This document shows positions 1-8,932 of a stretch of DNA of 50,745 nucleotides, piece after piece (positions within the stretch are counted from its first letter, which is position 1; each line of letters begins with the position of its first letter). The notes under the pieces are model-generated. The model was not told the DNA's origin. It saw nothing but the letters and a program-made list of their open reading frames with translations, and did not search any database. Origin of the DNA: Chthonomonadaceae bacterium. Its GTDB lineage: Bacteria > Armatimonadota > Chthonomonadetes > Chthonomonadales > Chthonomonadaceae. The stretch lies in NCBI GenBank assembly GCA_035650735.1, contig DASRGZ010000118.1, positions 1-50,745 of the forward strand, in the 5' to 3' direction. Made by a program: the position numbers and the translations under genes.

Positions 1-328
1 ATGTCAAGTAGACGCACGTATTATGGTAACTGTTTTTCTTCCATTTTTATGCTGAATAATTAAATACTGATGAGGCAGGAGAGATATTGCAGGAATAACG
101 AGGTTCGATGCGCCCAGCCCTAAAGGACAGGGCTGCCAGCAGGTATCATAGAGGCTCTAAGAGCTTCTCCCAATGGCAGGCTTGCGAGATGGCAACAGTG
201 CCCTGATGGGAGAGGCTCCAGGCAAGGGGACAGGCCCGCTCAGACGTGCTCCAGCGTCTTGTCCTGCGCGCTGGGCATGACAGTGAAGCTAAGGGTATCT
301 TCGCTTATTTCCCAAGCCGCGCCTTGTT

Positions 329-544
329 CTAGGGTGCGCTCGTTCTGCGCTGTTGTATCTCTGCGGCCAATGCCTGCACATCGCCCTGTGGCAGCCAGTT
401 ATGCCGCTCTCTCGAATAATCACCGGCTCCCATCTCAAATTGCTGTAGGAAGCGGATCAGGCCGACTGGCCCTAGCGCACGCGCAAGAGCCTCAAGTCCC
501 GTCTGACGAATTTGATCCAATGTCAGAGCTTGTGTACTTATCAT
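329..544 (-). CDS. Small hypothetical protein resembling antitoxin-like partners of PIN-domain proteins
   Basis: 71-aa ORF starting 9 nt after the leuA stop with AGAGG upstream; pattern LEALARALGPVGLIRFLQQF-x3-GDYSRER recalled from small proteins usually found next to PIN genes. Confidence 0.55.
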   Translation of the reverse strand: MISTQALTLDQIRQTGLEALARALGPVGLIRFLQQFEMGAGDYSRERHNWLPQGDVQALAAEIQQRRTSAP

Positions 545-553
545 GGCCTCTTC

Positions 554-2104
554 TTACACCGCTCCTGCTGTCTGACGGTCGGCAGTGCTGGGCGTGACGC
601 GGTCTATGAGCTTATTCAGGGCGTGCATGTAGGCTTTGGCGCTGGCGACGACAATATCGGTGTGCGCGCCGCGCCCCGTATAGATGTCGTTGCCGCGTCG
701 GATGCGGATGGTCACATCGGCCAGGGCGTCAATGCCTTCCGTCACCGCCTGAATGCTGAACTCGATTAGATCGTTCTCGACGTTGACGATCCGGTTGATG
801 GCCCGGTAGACCGCATCCACCGGCCCCGTCCCGTGGCACGAGTCAATCAATTCCCGCCCCTGCGCGTCGCGGATGCCGACGGTCGCCGTCGGGATGAGCT
901 TGTCGCCGCAGGACACCTGGACGTGCAGCAGCTCATAGGTCTGCTTGACCGCGCTCGTCTCGTCGGCGACGATGATCTCCAGGTCTTCGTCGTAGACCTG
1001 CTTCTTGCGGTCGGCCACATCCAGGAAGCGGGCGTAGATTTTATCTATCTGCTCCTCGCTGAAATTGAAGCCCAATTCATGCAGGCGGTGCTGCAAGGCG
1101 TGCCGCCCGGAGCGCGCCGTCAGGATGATCTTGCTCTCCAGGATGCCCACGTCCTTCGGGTCTATAATCTCGTAGGTCGTGCGCTCCTTGAGCACCCCGT
1201 CCTGATGGATGCCGCTGGAGTGGGCGAAGGCGTTGGCGCCGACGATGGCCTTGTTCGGCTGCACCAGGATGCCCGTCGCCGTGCTGACCATGCGGCTGGT
1301 CTTGTAGAGTTCCTGGGTGACGATGCCGGTCTCGCATTCGAAGAGGTCTTTGCGCACCTTCATCGCCATTACGACCTCTTCCAGCGACGTGTTGCCCGCG
1401 CGCTCCCCGATGCCGTTGATGGTGCACTCAACCTGCCGCGCGCCGTGGCGCACGCCCGCCAGGGAGTTGGCGACGGCCAGGCCCAGGTCGTCATGGCAGT
1501 GAACGCTGACGACGGCCTTCTCTATGTTGGGCACATGCTCCATGACGTAGCCGATCAGCGCGCCGTACTCTTCGGGCGTGGAGTAGCCGGTGGTGTCGGG
1601 GATATTGATCACGGTCGCGCCGGCCTTGATGACCTCTTCAATGACCTTGCAGAGATAATCTTTATCCGCCCGCCCGGAGTCCTCCAGGAAATACTCGACG
1701 TCATCCACGAACTTGCGCGCGTATTTGACCGCCTCGACGCCGCGCTCCATCGCCTGCTCGCGGGTCAGTTTGAGCTTGTACTGCAAATGGTTGTCGGAGA
1801 CGCCCAGGCCGGTATGGATGCGGGGGCGCACGGCGTCTTTGAGCGCCTCACCCGCGACCTCGATATCTTTCCTGACGGCGCGCGTCAGGCCGCAGACCGT
1901 GCAGTTTTTGATCACGCGGCTGATGGACTGCACGGCCTGGAAGTCGCCGGGGGAAGAGATGGGGAAACCCGCCTCGATCACGTCCACGCCAAGCCGCTCC
2001 AACTGGCGGGCGATCTCCAGCTTCTCCTCGACGTTGAGGGAGGCCCCCGGCGACTGCTCCCCATCGCGCAGGGTAGTGTCGAAAATGTAGATGCGGGTTG
2101 CCAT
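554..2104 (-). CDS. leuA: 2-isopropylmalate synthase
   Basis: FDTTLRDGEQSPG, HCHDDLG, NGIGERAGN, HSSGIHQDG, C-terminal regulatory domain GTGPVDA; ATG 2104 after GGTGAGGAG. Confidence 0.97.
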   Translation of the reverse strand: MATRIYIFDTTLRDGEQSPGASLNVEEKLEIARQLERLGVDVIEAGFPISSPGDFQAVQSISRVIKNCTVCGLTRAVRKDIEVAGEALKDAVRPRIHTGLGVSDNHLQYKLKLTREQAMERGVEAVKYARKFVDDVEYFLEDSGRADKDYLCKVIEEVIKAGATVINIPDTTGYSTPEEYGALIGYVMEHVPNIEKAVVSVHCHDDLGLAVANSLAGVRHGARQVECTINGIGERAGNTSLEEVVMAMKVRKDLFECETGIVTQELYKTSRMVSTATGILVQPNKAIVGANAFAHSSGIHQDGVLKERTTYEIIDPKDVGILESKIILTARSGRHALQHRLHELGFNFSEEQIDKIYARFLDVADRKKQVYDEDLEIIVADETSAVKQTYELLHVQVSCGDKLIPTATVGIRDAQGRELIDSCHGTGPVDAVYRAINRIVNVENDLIEFSIQAVTEGIDALADVTIRIRRGNDIYTGRGAHTDIVVASAKAYMHALNKLIDRVTPSTADRQTAGAV

Positions 2105-2274
2105 GCTTCGTGTTCTCCTCACCTTGAATGCCTTGTGGGCATTATGTTTTTACGCCGACCCTCTCTTTTTGAGAAAGAGTCAGCCACTCAAGCCGTGCAG
2201 CAGCTTCTCAGCAATGCGCTGCACTTCCGCCATCGAAATACCCTGCCGCTGCTGTACGGCCAGAGGGTGTTCCG

Positions 2275-3573
2275 TCACGCTGCCTGTGATGCAGCGAGGG
2301 CGCTATCCAGGTCGGCCTTTAAGTCCTCGATATGCTCCAGGCCGACGCTGAGACGCAGGAAGTTATCTGCGATGCCGATGGAGGCGCGCACCTCCGGATC
2401 TACCGGCGAATGGGTGGTCGAAGCTGGATGAATGATGAGCGATTTGCAGTCGCCCATGTTGGCGGCATGGCTGAAGAGCCGGGTGCGCGTCACCATGTTC
2501 TTGGCCACCTCGTAGCCGCCGTTGACATAGAGGCCGAGCATCCCGCCGCTCCGCTTGAGATAGCATTTCGCATTGTGCGCGGTCGGATGGTCGGCCCGGC
2601 CCGGATAGAGAACGCGCTCCACGCCGGGATGCCGCGCCAGCCAGCTAGCCAGGGCGGCGGCGTTGGCGCAGTGGCGCTCCATGCGAAGCGGCAGCGTCTC
2701 CAATCCCTGCACCAGATTCCAGGCCGTCATCGGAGCCATGCACGCGCCCACGTCGCGCAGCCAGTGCGCCCGCATCTTGGTCAGATAGGCCAGCGGCCCG
2801 AACTGTTGGGCGAACACCATGCCGTTATAGAGGGCGTCCGGCGCGGTGAACTGCGGGAAGCGGCCCGCGCCCCAATCGAACTTGCCGCTGTCGATCACGA
2901 CGCCGCCGATGGTCGTGCCGTGCCCGCCCAGGTACTTGGTCGCGCTGTAGACCACGACATCGGCCCCGTAGTCGAAAGGACGACACAGGCAGGGCGTCGC
3001 CAGGGTGTTATCTATAATCAGCGGGATGCCGCGCCGGTGCGCCAGTTCCGCCAGCGTCTCCAGGTTCGGCGTATCCAGCAGCGGGTTGCCGATGGTCTCC
3101 GCGTAGAGGCAGGTCGTGCGCTCGCTTATGGCGGCTTCCCACGCGGCCAGGTCATCCACCGGCACGAACGTCGCGCCGATGCCGAAGCGCGAGAGCACGT
3201 TCTTCAGGAGCGAGTAGATGCCGCCGTAGAGCGAGCTCGACGCGACGATGTTCTCTCCCGCGTCTGTGAGCGTAGCGACCGCATAGAAGGTCGCCGCCTG
3301 CCCGCTCGCCGTCGCCAGCGCCCCGACGCCGCCCTCCAGCGCCGCCACCCGCCGCTCAAACGCCTCTATCGTCGGGTTGCCGATCCGGGTATAGACCGCC
3401 CCCTCTTCTTCCAGGGCGAACCGCGCTGCCGCCTCTTCCGCCGTCGGGAAATCAAACGCGGCGGTCTGATAGATCGGCAGGGCCTGCGCGCCCGCCACCG
3501 GACCGAGCGCCGGGTCGCCATGCAGGGCCAGCGTCTCCAGCCGCCACTGCGGGGACTTATCGCGAGGGTTCAT
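2275..3573 (-). CDS. metY: O-acetylhomoserine/O-acetylserine sulfhydrylase (Cys/Met metabolism PLP enzyme)
   Basis: PIYQTAAF, YTRIGNPT, ASGQAA, IDNTLATP, SATKYLGGHG (PLP Lys), RLSVGLEH; ATG 3573 after GGAAGGA. Confidence 0.9.
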   Translation of the reverse strand: MNPRDKSPQWRLETLALHGDPALGPVAGAQALPIYQTAAFDFPTAEEAAARFALEEEGAVYTRIGNPTIEAFERRVAALEGGVGALATASGQAATFYAVATLTDAGENIVASSSLYGGIYSLLKNVLSRFGIGATFVPVDDLAAWEAAISERTTCLYAETIGNPLLDTPNLETLAELAHRRGIPLIIDNTLATPCLCRPFDYGADVVVYSATKYLGGHGTTIGGVVIDSGKFDWGAGRFPQFTAPDALYNGMVFAQQFGPLAYLTKMRAHWLRDVGACMAPMTAWNLVQGLETLPLRMERHCANAAALASWLARHPGVERVLYPGRADHPTAHNAKCYLKRSGGMLGLYVNGGYEVAKNMVTRTRLFSHAANMGDCKSLIIHPASTTHSPVDPEVRASIGIADNFLRLSVGLEHIEDLKADLDSALAASQAA

Positions 3574-3756
3574 TACTTCATTCCTTCCAGGCATTCGGAG
3601 AGCGCGCCAGCACAGCGCATAGCGCCTCCCTATCAGCGAACTTTCCCTACTTATCGGTAGATTCCGCTCTCTGCCCAATAAGTAATACGGGAAAATCTCT
3701 CTCGAATGCCTGCTATCCCTCGCGGGTTGGCCCGCCTCTATTGGCCCACCCCGGAA

Positions 3757-3778
3757 GCGGCAGGCTAAACCCTGCCGC
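3757..3778. repeat. Family B REP-like hairpin GCGGCAGG-CTAAAC-CCTGCCGC
   Basis: Same hairpin recurs at 8786, 11298, ~11493, ~22820, 31890 and 39792. Confidence 0.85.
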
Positions 3779-3781
3779 GTC

Positions 3782-4867
3782 TCACGACTTCTCGCGCCAC
3801 TCCACGCGCGCCACGCGCTCGTTAGGCTGGGTGGCCGTTTCGGTGGTCACGGCCTGCGCCGTCTGCTGGGCGACGTTGCTCTTGACCCAGCTCATCATGG
3901 CGCGCAACTCGCGGCCCACCTTCTCGATAACGTGGTTGCGGTCGCGCTGATCCAGGGCGCGGAACACCGGACGCCCGGCGCGGTTCTCCAGAATCCACTC
4001 CTTAGCGAACTGGCCGCTCTGAATCTCTTGCAGCATCTCCTTCATCGTCTGGCGCACATGCTCATCAATGACCCTCGGCCCGCGCGTCATATCGCCGTAC
4101 TGGGCCGTATCGGAGATGGAGTAGCGCATCCCGGCGATGCCCGCCTCATACATCAAGTCCACGATGAGCTTGAGCTCGTGCAGGCATTCGAAGTAGGCGA
4201 TCTCCGGCTGATAGCCCGCCTCCACCAGCGTCTCGAACGCCGCCTTGACCAGCGCCGTCGTGCCGCCGCAGAGCACGGCCTGCTCGCCGAACAGGTCGGT
4301 CTCGGTCTCCTCCTGGAAGGTCGTCTCCAGCACGCCCGCGCGCGTGCCGCCGATGCCCTTCGCGTAGGCCAGCGCAATGTTCCTGGCGTCGCCCGTGTGA
4401 TTTTGATGGATGGCGATCAGGCACGGAACGCCTTTGCCCTCCGTGTAGACGCGGCGCACCAGATGGCCCGGCCCCTTCGGCGCGACCATGAACACGTCCA
4501 CGTTCTCCGGCGGCATGATCTGGCCGAAATGGATATTGAAGCCGTGCCCGAATGCAATGGCGTTGCCCGGCTTGAGGTTCGGCTCGATCTGCTCCTTATA
4601 GAGCGCCGCCTGGTACTCGTCGTTGACCAGGATCATGATGATGTCGGCCTGCTGCGCGGCATCGGCCACCGTCAGTACCGTATGCCCGTCGTTCTCGGCG
4701 GCGGCCCAGGACTTGCCCGGCCTCAGCCCTACGACGACATCCATTCCCGAATCTTTGAGGTTGAGCGCGTGGGCATGGCCCTGGCTCCCGTACCCGATGA
4801 TGGCGATCCTCTTGCCGCGCAGGGCAGCCAGGTCGGCATCGGCGTCATAATATATCTTCGCTGGCAT
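3782..4867 (-). CDS. ilvC: Ketol-acid reductoisomerase
   Basis: [49 protein letters not shown] 4867 after AAGGGGAG. Confidence 0.97.
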   Translation of the reverse strand: MPAKIYYDADADLAALRGKRIAIIGYGSQGHAHALNLKDSGMDVVVGLRPGKSWAAAENDGHTVLTVADAAQQADIIMILVNDEYQAALYKEQIEPNLKPGNAIAFGHGFNIHFGQIMPPENVDVFMVAPKGPGHLVRRVYTEGKGVPCLIAIHQNHTGDARNIALAYAKGIGGTRAGVLETTFQEETETDLFGEQAVLCGGTTALVKAAFETLVEAGYQPEIAYFECLHELKLIVDLMYEAGIAGMRYSISDTAQYGDMTRGPRVIDEHVRQTMKEMLQEIQSGQFAKEWILENRAGRPVFRALDQRDRNHVIEKVGRELRAMMSWVKSNVAQQTAQAVTTETATQPNERVARVEWREKS

Positions 4868-4895
4868 ATTGGCAGTGCTCCCCTTTTGGAAAATC

Positions 4896-5047
4896 TTCAA
4901 CAGGATGAACAGGATGAGACAGGATTTACAGGATTAAGACAAAGACAAAGATACAGGGCTTGTATGGGTTGTAGAGACAGAAACAGGAATGGGGTTGGTT
5001 TTAGAAATCCTGTTTAATCCTGTCTTATCCTGTTCATCCTGTTGGAA
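4896..5047. repeat. Family A palindromic element (tandem CAGGAT arms), copy 1
   Basis: Left arm CAACAGGATGAACAGGATGAGACAGGATTTACAGGATT, inverted right arm AATCCTGTTTAATCCTGTCTTATCCTGTTCATCCTGTTG. Confidence 0.9.
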
Positions 5048-5854
5048 TTGGTTTTTCGGTTTGTATCCGGCCAGAACGGCAAGCTCGTAGTATTTCCAGT
5101 AGCAATCCACGTCGGTGTAGCCGATGGCGCGCAGCCATTCCAGTTGCGTCTCCACCGGCGTAAGGCGGTTGGCGGACTTATCCAGCCGGTTGACGATCTC
5201 GTCCAGAACTTCCTCGAATGTCGCCTCCTGGCCCTGAGCGCGGCGCGAGCGGGCCAGGTTCAGGGCGTAGGCGCGCTCAAAGAGGGCCGCGCCAAGCGGC
5301 GAGGCGCTGGCGACATGCTCCACGTTGATGAAGACGCCGCCGGGCCGCAGCAGATCAAAAAGCTGCGCATAGAGGGCGCGCTTGCGGTCGTCCTCGCTAT
5401 GATGGATGGCGAACCCAGACACGATGGCATCGAAGGAGAGATACGGCAGCTTCTCCACCCACTGCGGCGCGTTAAAGTCGGCTAGGACATAGGAGACGGC
5501 GGCGCCGAAGGCAGCCAGCCGTTCCGCCGCGCGCTTGAGCATCAGAACGGAGCCGTCCAGCGCGACGCCCTGTGCATCGGGCCACCGTTGCAGGACTGTC
5601 TCCAGCAGGATGCCGTCGCCGCAGCCCAGGTCGAGCACTCGCGCCGTCGCGCCGCCGGTAGGAAGCGCCGGAAGAAGCTGGCACAGCACCTCCAACTGCT
5701 CCACGCCGCCCAGGATACCGCTGCGTCGATCTCCGGCGAACTTCGCCACGACCTCCGCGTCCTGCCAGACCGTCCAGTCCGTCGCCGGGGCCGAGCGCCC
5801 ATTCCGGCGTCCCTCTGCCTGCGGTTCTCTCGCTTGGCCGTCCTGTGTCTCCAT
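4934..5854 (-). CDS. Class I SAM-dependent methyltransferase with a repeat-derived C-terminal tail
   Basis: VLDLGCGDG, FDAIVSGFAIHH, LRPGGVFINVEH; last ~37 aa encoded by the CAGGAT repeat element. Confidence 0.88.
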   Translation of the reverse strand: METQDGQAREPQAEGRRNGRSAPATDWTVWQDAEVVAKFAGDRRSGILGGVEQLEVLCQLLPALPTGGATARVLDLGCGDGILLETVLQRWPDAQGVALDGSVLMLKRAAERLAAFGAAVSYVLADFNAPQWVEKLPYLSFDAIVSGFAIHHSEDDRKRALYAQLFDLLRPGGVFINVEHVASASPLGAALFERAYALNLARSRRAQGQEATFEEVLDEIVNRLDKSANRLTPVETQLEWLRAIGYTDVDCYWKYYELAVLAGYKPKNQFQQDEQDKTGLNRISKTNPIPVSVSTTHTSPVSLSLS

Positions 5855-5895
5855 CGCCTTTCCTGAACAAGAGTGAAAACCAGGCGCACAGCGGA

Positions 5896-6261
5896 CTACG
5901 CGGGCGGTTCCGGCTGCGACTGCTCTTCCGATGCCTGCGCGGCCTCCCGCCGCAGCGCCCATCCGACCCCAACGCCGATGACCGCGCCGACCACGATAAA
6001 CAGCCCCAGATTGATAAACAGGTTGCGCACCGTATCCAGGCCGTTCCGGTCGGTCAGGGCATTATAGACGCGCCAGAGCAGCCAGTTCAGTGGGCCGAAC
6101 AACCCTATCAAAAACCCCAACAGCGTGCCGCGCCGCACGTTCTGCCGCCGCACTCCCACCGCCGCGCCGATCAGCGCGCCCGCAATCGGCCCGATCAGCG
6201 CCAGCAGCGCGAACAGCCGGTCTACCGCCGCTACCTCCACGATCTCGCGCAACTCGCCCAT
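5896..6261 (-). CDS. Small integral membrane protein (about 3 TM helices)
   Basis: Three hydrophobic segments; GGAG upstream of ATG 6261; co-oriented within the operon. Confidence 0.7.
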   Translation of the reverse strand: MGELREIVEVAAVDRLFALLALIGPIAGALIGAAVGVRRQNVRRGTLLGFLIGLFGPLNWLLWRVYNALTDRNGLDTVRNLFINLGLFIVVGAVIGVGVGWALRREAAQASEEQSQPEPPA

Positions 6262-6280
6262 CCACCACTCCAAAAGGCGA

Positions 6281-6396
6281 TTCCAACAGGATTAAGACAA
6301 GAGATAGAAGCCCAAAGTTAAGAGAAATAAGCACTCGGTTGGTTGGGTTTTAGAAATCCTGTTTAATCCTGTCTCATCCTGTTCATCCTGTTGAAA
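6281..6396. repeat. Family A palindromic element, copy 2 (short left arm)
   Basis: TTCCAACAGGATTAAGAC ... AATCCTGTTTAATCCTGTCTCATCCTGTTCATCCTGTTGAAA. Confidence 0.88.
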
Positions 6397-6401
6397 TTTT
6401 T

Positions 6402-6956
6402 TTACTCTACGCTCTCGCGTCCGGTGCGGCTGGCGGTCTTGGCGCCGCGCGCCATCGCGATAATGCCTGTGCGCACCAGTTCCCGGATGCCGTAGGACGA
6501 GAGCAGGTCGGTAATCTTGTCGAGCTTGTCCGTGCTGCCGGTCACCTCGACGATGAACGTCTTCTCGCTCATATCAATGATGCGGCCCCGGAAGATTTCG
6601 ACGATCTGCATGATCTCGCCCCGGTCTTTCGGCTCGGCATTGACCTTGATCAGGGCCAGTTCCCGCTCAACTGCCGCCGTCTCGGTATAGTCCACCACCT
6701 TGATCACTTCGACCAGCTTGTTAAGCTGCTTGGTGATCTGCTCCAGAACGCGGTGGTCGCCGCCGACCACGATGGTCATGCGGGAGACGTCGGGCTTGTC
6801 GGTGACCGAGACCGCCAGCGACTCGATATTGAACCCGCGCCGCGCGAACAGCCCGGCGACCCGCGCCAGCACGCCGGGGTGGTTCTCGACCAGAACTGTA
6901 ATCGTATGCTGCTGTTGTAGCTGTGCCATAATCGCATTGCTCATCGAAACTGCCAT
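6402..6956 (-). CDS. ilvN: Acetolactate synthase small regulatory subunit
   Basis: VLVENHPGVLARVAGLFARRGFNIESL ACT domain, KQLNKL, ERELALIKV; start may be 6944 or 6929. Confidence 0.96.
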   Translation of the reverse strand: MAVSMSNAIMAQLQQQHTITVLVENHPGVLARVAGLFARRGFNIESLAVSVTDKPDVSRMTIVVGGDHRVLEQITKQLNKLVEVIKVVDYTETAAVERELALIKVNAEPKDRGEIMQIVEIFRGRIIDMSEKTFIVEVTGSTDKLDKITDLLSSYGIRELVRTGIIAMARGAKTASRTGRESVE

Positions 6957-6984
6957 CCTCTTCCCATCCTCCAGAGTCAGAGTG

Positions 6985-8751
6985 CTACTTGAATACAGTC
7001 ATCAGAGCGGGCCGGATCGCCGCCAGGGAGGGAATCGCCTGTACCACGCGCAGCCGCTCCCGCACGAACGCCTTCGCCTCCGCGCGCCGTCCCGCCGAAA
7101 CCAGAGCTTCGGCCAGTTCCAGCCAGGCATCGCACTGGAACGGCGACTCGGCTAGGCTGGCCCGATAGGCATTTATCGCCTCACCTCTATTCCCAAGCCG
7201 GGCCGCGATGCGCGCCAGTCGCAACTGCGCCTCCGCCTCCATCGGCCAGGCGCGCACCGCCGCCTCCGCCTGCCGGTACGCCTCTGCCTGCCGCCCGTTC
7301 GCCAGCAGCAGATCGCTCACCAGCGAGCGGCAGCGCCAGGCGATGGCGGCGCGCATCTCGCGTGCCCAGCGTTCCTCCTCCATCCGGTGCTGCATCCAGA
7401 GACGCCCGATGTGTGCGTCCCACAGGTCACTCCGGCGCGGGTAGCCGAAGCCATCCACCTCCGCCGTTCCCGCTTCGCATTGTTCTGCGGCGACCACGAG
7501 ATGAGCCGCTGCCTCGGAAATATCGTTCGGCGCAGTCGGAGGCGCCCCGCCGGTCGCCTCGGCGCGATCCAGCAGCAGAAAGCCCAATCCCATGCGCGCC
7601 AGAGCATTCTCCGGCAGCCGCTCTACCGCCTGCCGTGCCTGCCGGATGGCTCCGGTGAAGTACTTTGCTTTGTGTTCTGGCGGCAGGCAATAGGCCATCC
7701 AGCCGTAGAGGGCCGCACGCGCCTCTGCCAGCCGACCGGGATCGTATCCGCTCCGTTCCGCCTCGTTGAGCAGCAGCAGCGCCGTCATCGCCGCCCCTGG
7801 CTCCGCACTGCCGTAGATCTGAAACGCCTTGCGAATCTGACGCTCGGTGGGAGGCAACTGGGCGCTCGGACGGTAGCCCGCTTTGTCAAGGTTGGCCTCG
7901 ATCAGGGCAAACAAGGCGGCGTTATGCTGCTCGTGCGTATGCTCGCCGACGGCCCTCTGCCGTCCCGCCTCGGCAATGCGCGCGCGCTCCTCCGCGTGGG
8001 CCAGGTAATAATCCAGCAGCGCCTCGAAGTTATCGGCGCTGTAATAGACGCAATGGACGCGGTCGACGAATATCTCCTGAGCCTCGGCGTTCTCGACCTC
8101 GTTAAAGACCAGCGCACCGCAGGCCGCCGCCTCATACGCCCGCTGGTTGGTTTCGCCCCGATTGCTGCGGTTGAAGACGATTTTGGCGCGGTTGAGCAGG
8201 CGGACGTAATCCTCGCCGTGATGCCCGGACGCGATCACGATCCAGTACTTATCCGACAGCCGGGCCAGTCTATCCAGCCAACGGTTGCGCTCCCCCCACA
8301 CTCCCGGGTTGAGCGCGCCAACGAACAGAACGTCAATATCCTTCTGCACGTCGGGTAGAACGCGGTGGAGGTCGGCGCCCACGCCCCAGAAACGGGCAAA
8401 CAGCGCGTTCTCGTGGCCGGCAGCCTGCAATAGCGCGCAGGCGTTCTGTTCGGAGACGATGAGATCAAAAAAACCCGCGCCATTCCAGATCGCCCTGCCG
8501 CCCCGATCCCAATCGGAGACGCCCGCCACCGTCAGCCCATCAAAGGTTTCGATGTCGGTCGGGATGGGGAAATAGCCCAGGCTTGCATGGTAATAGACAT
8601 CGGGCTTCCATCCGGGCGGACACAGCGCCTGCATTTCGGCAATGGTGGTCGGCGGCCCGCCGTTGCGGCCATAGCGCACGCAGCAGACCTCGTAGCGCGC
8701 CGCGTCCAGACCGGCGGGAACGGCGTCCTGGAACCCCATAAGCACACGCAT
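6985..8751 (-). CDS. Glycosyltransferase (CgeB/Glyco_trans_1_2-like, GT-B) with C-terminal TPR-like repeats, paralog 2
   Basis: DIDVLFVG, YVRLLNRAKIVFNRS, NQRAYEAAACGAL, ARIAEAGRQR; helical TPR-like tail; AAGGAG before ATG 8751. Confidence 0.85.
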   Translation of the reverse strand: MRVLMGFQDAVPAGLDAARYEVCCVRYGRNGGPPTTIAEMQALCPPGWKPDVYYHASLGYFPIPTDIETFDGLTVAGVSDWDRGGRAIWNGAGFFDLIVSEQNACALLQAAGHENALFARFWGVGADLHRVLPDVQKDIDVLFVGALNPGVWGERNRWLDRLARLSDKYWIVIASGHHGEDYVRLLNRAKIVFNRSNRGETNQRAYEAAACGALVFNEVENAEAQEIFVDRVHCVYYSADNFEALLDYYLAHAEERARIAEAGRQRAVGEHTHEQHNAALFALIEANLDKAGYRPSAQLPPTERQIRKAFQIYGSAEPGAAMTALLLLNEAERSGYDPGRLAEARAALYGWMAYCLPPEHKAKYFTGAIRQARQAVERLPENALARMGLGFLLLDRAEATGGAPPTAPNDISEAAAHLVVAAEQCEAGTAEVDGFGYPRRSDLWDAHIGRLWMQHRMEEERWAREMRAAIAWRCRSLVSDLLLANGRQAEAYRQAEAAVRAWPMEAEAQLRLARIAARLGNRGEAINAYRASLAESPFQCDAWLELAEALVSAGRRAEAKAFVRERLRVVQAIPSLAAIRPALMTVFK

Positions 8752-8764
8752 GTACAACTCCTTG

Positions 8765-8904
8765 CCCTCACCCCGGCCCTTCTCTCGGCAGGCTAAACCC
8801 TGCCGCTATGGGGCCTGCGGCCCGCTGCCCACCTACGTGGGCAGAGGCAAACCCCGACTTCTGCTCTCCCCTCTCCTTCGCAAGGAGAGGGGCCGGGGGT
8901 GAGG
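8765..8904. repeat. Composite element: family C arms (CCCTCACCCCGGCCC / GGGGCCGGGGGTGAGG) enclosing a family B unit
   Basis: Direct reading; lies between the two glycosyltransferase paralogs. Confidence 0.85.
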
Positions 8905-8932
8905 TTTATGGGGGCTATTAAGCCGGGAAGAG

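Noticed and set aside
68..135. CTGATGAG as a hammerhead ribozyme core
   Set aside because: No stem II followed by GAAA
3641..3695. Canonical SAM-I riboswitch before metY
   Set aside because: Only a P1-like CUUAU/AUAAG pair; no kink-turn P2, GCAACC/GGUGC P3 or terminator (kept as an unnamed candidate instead)
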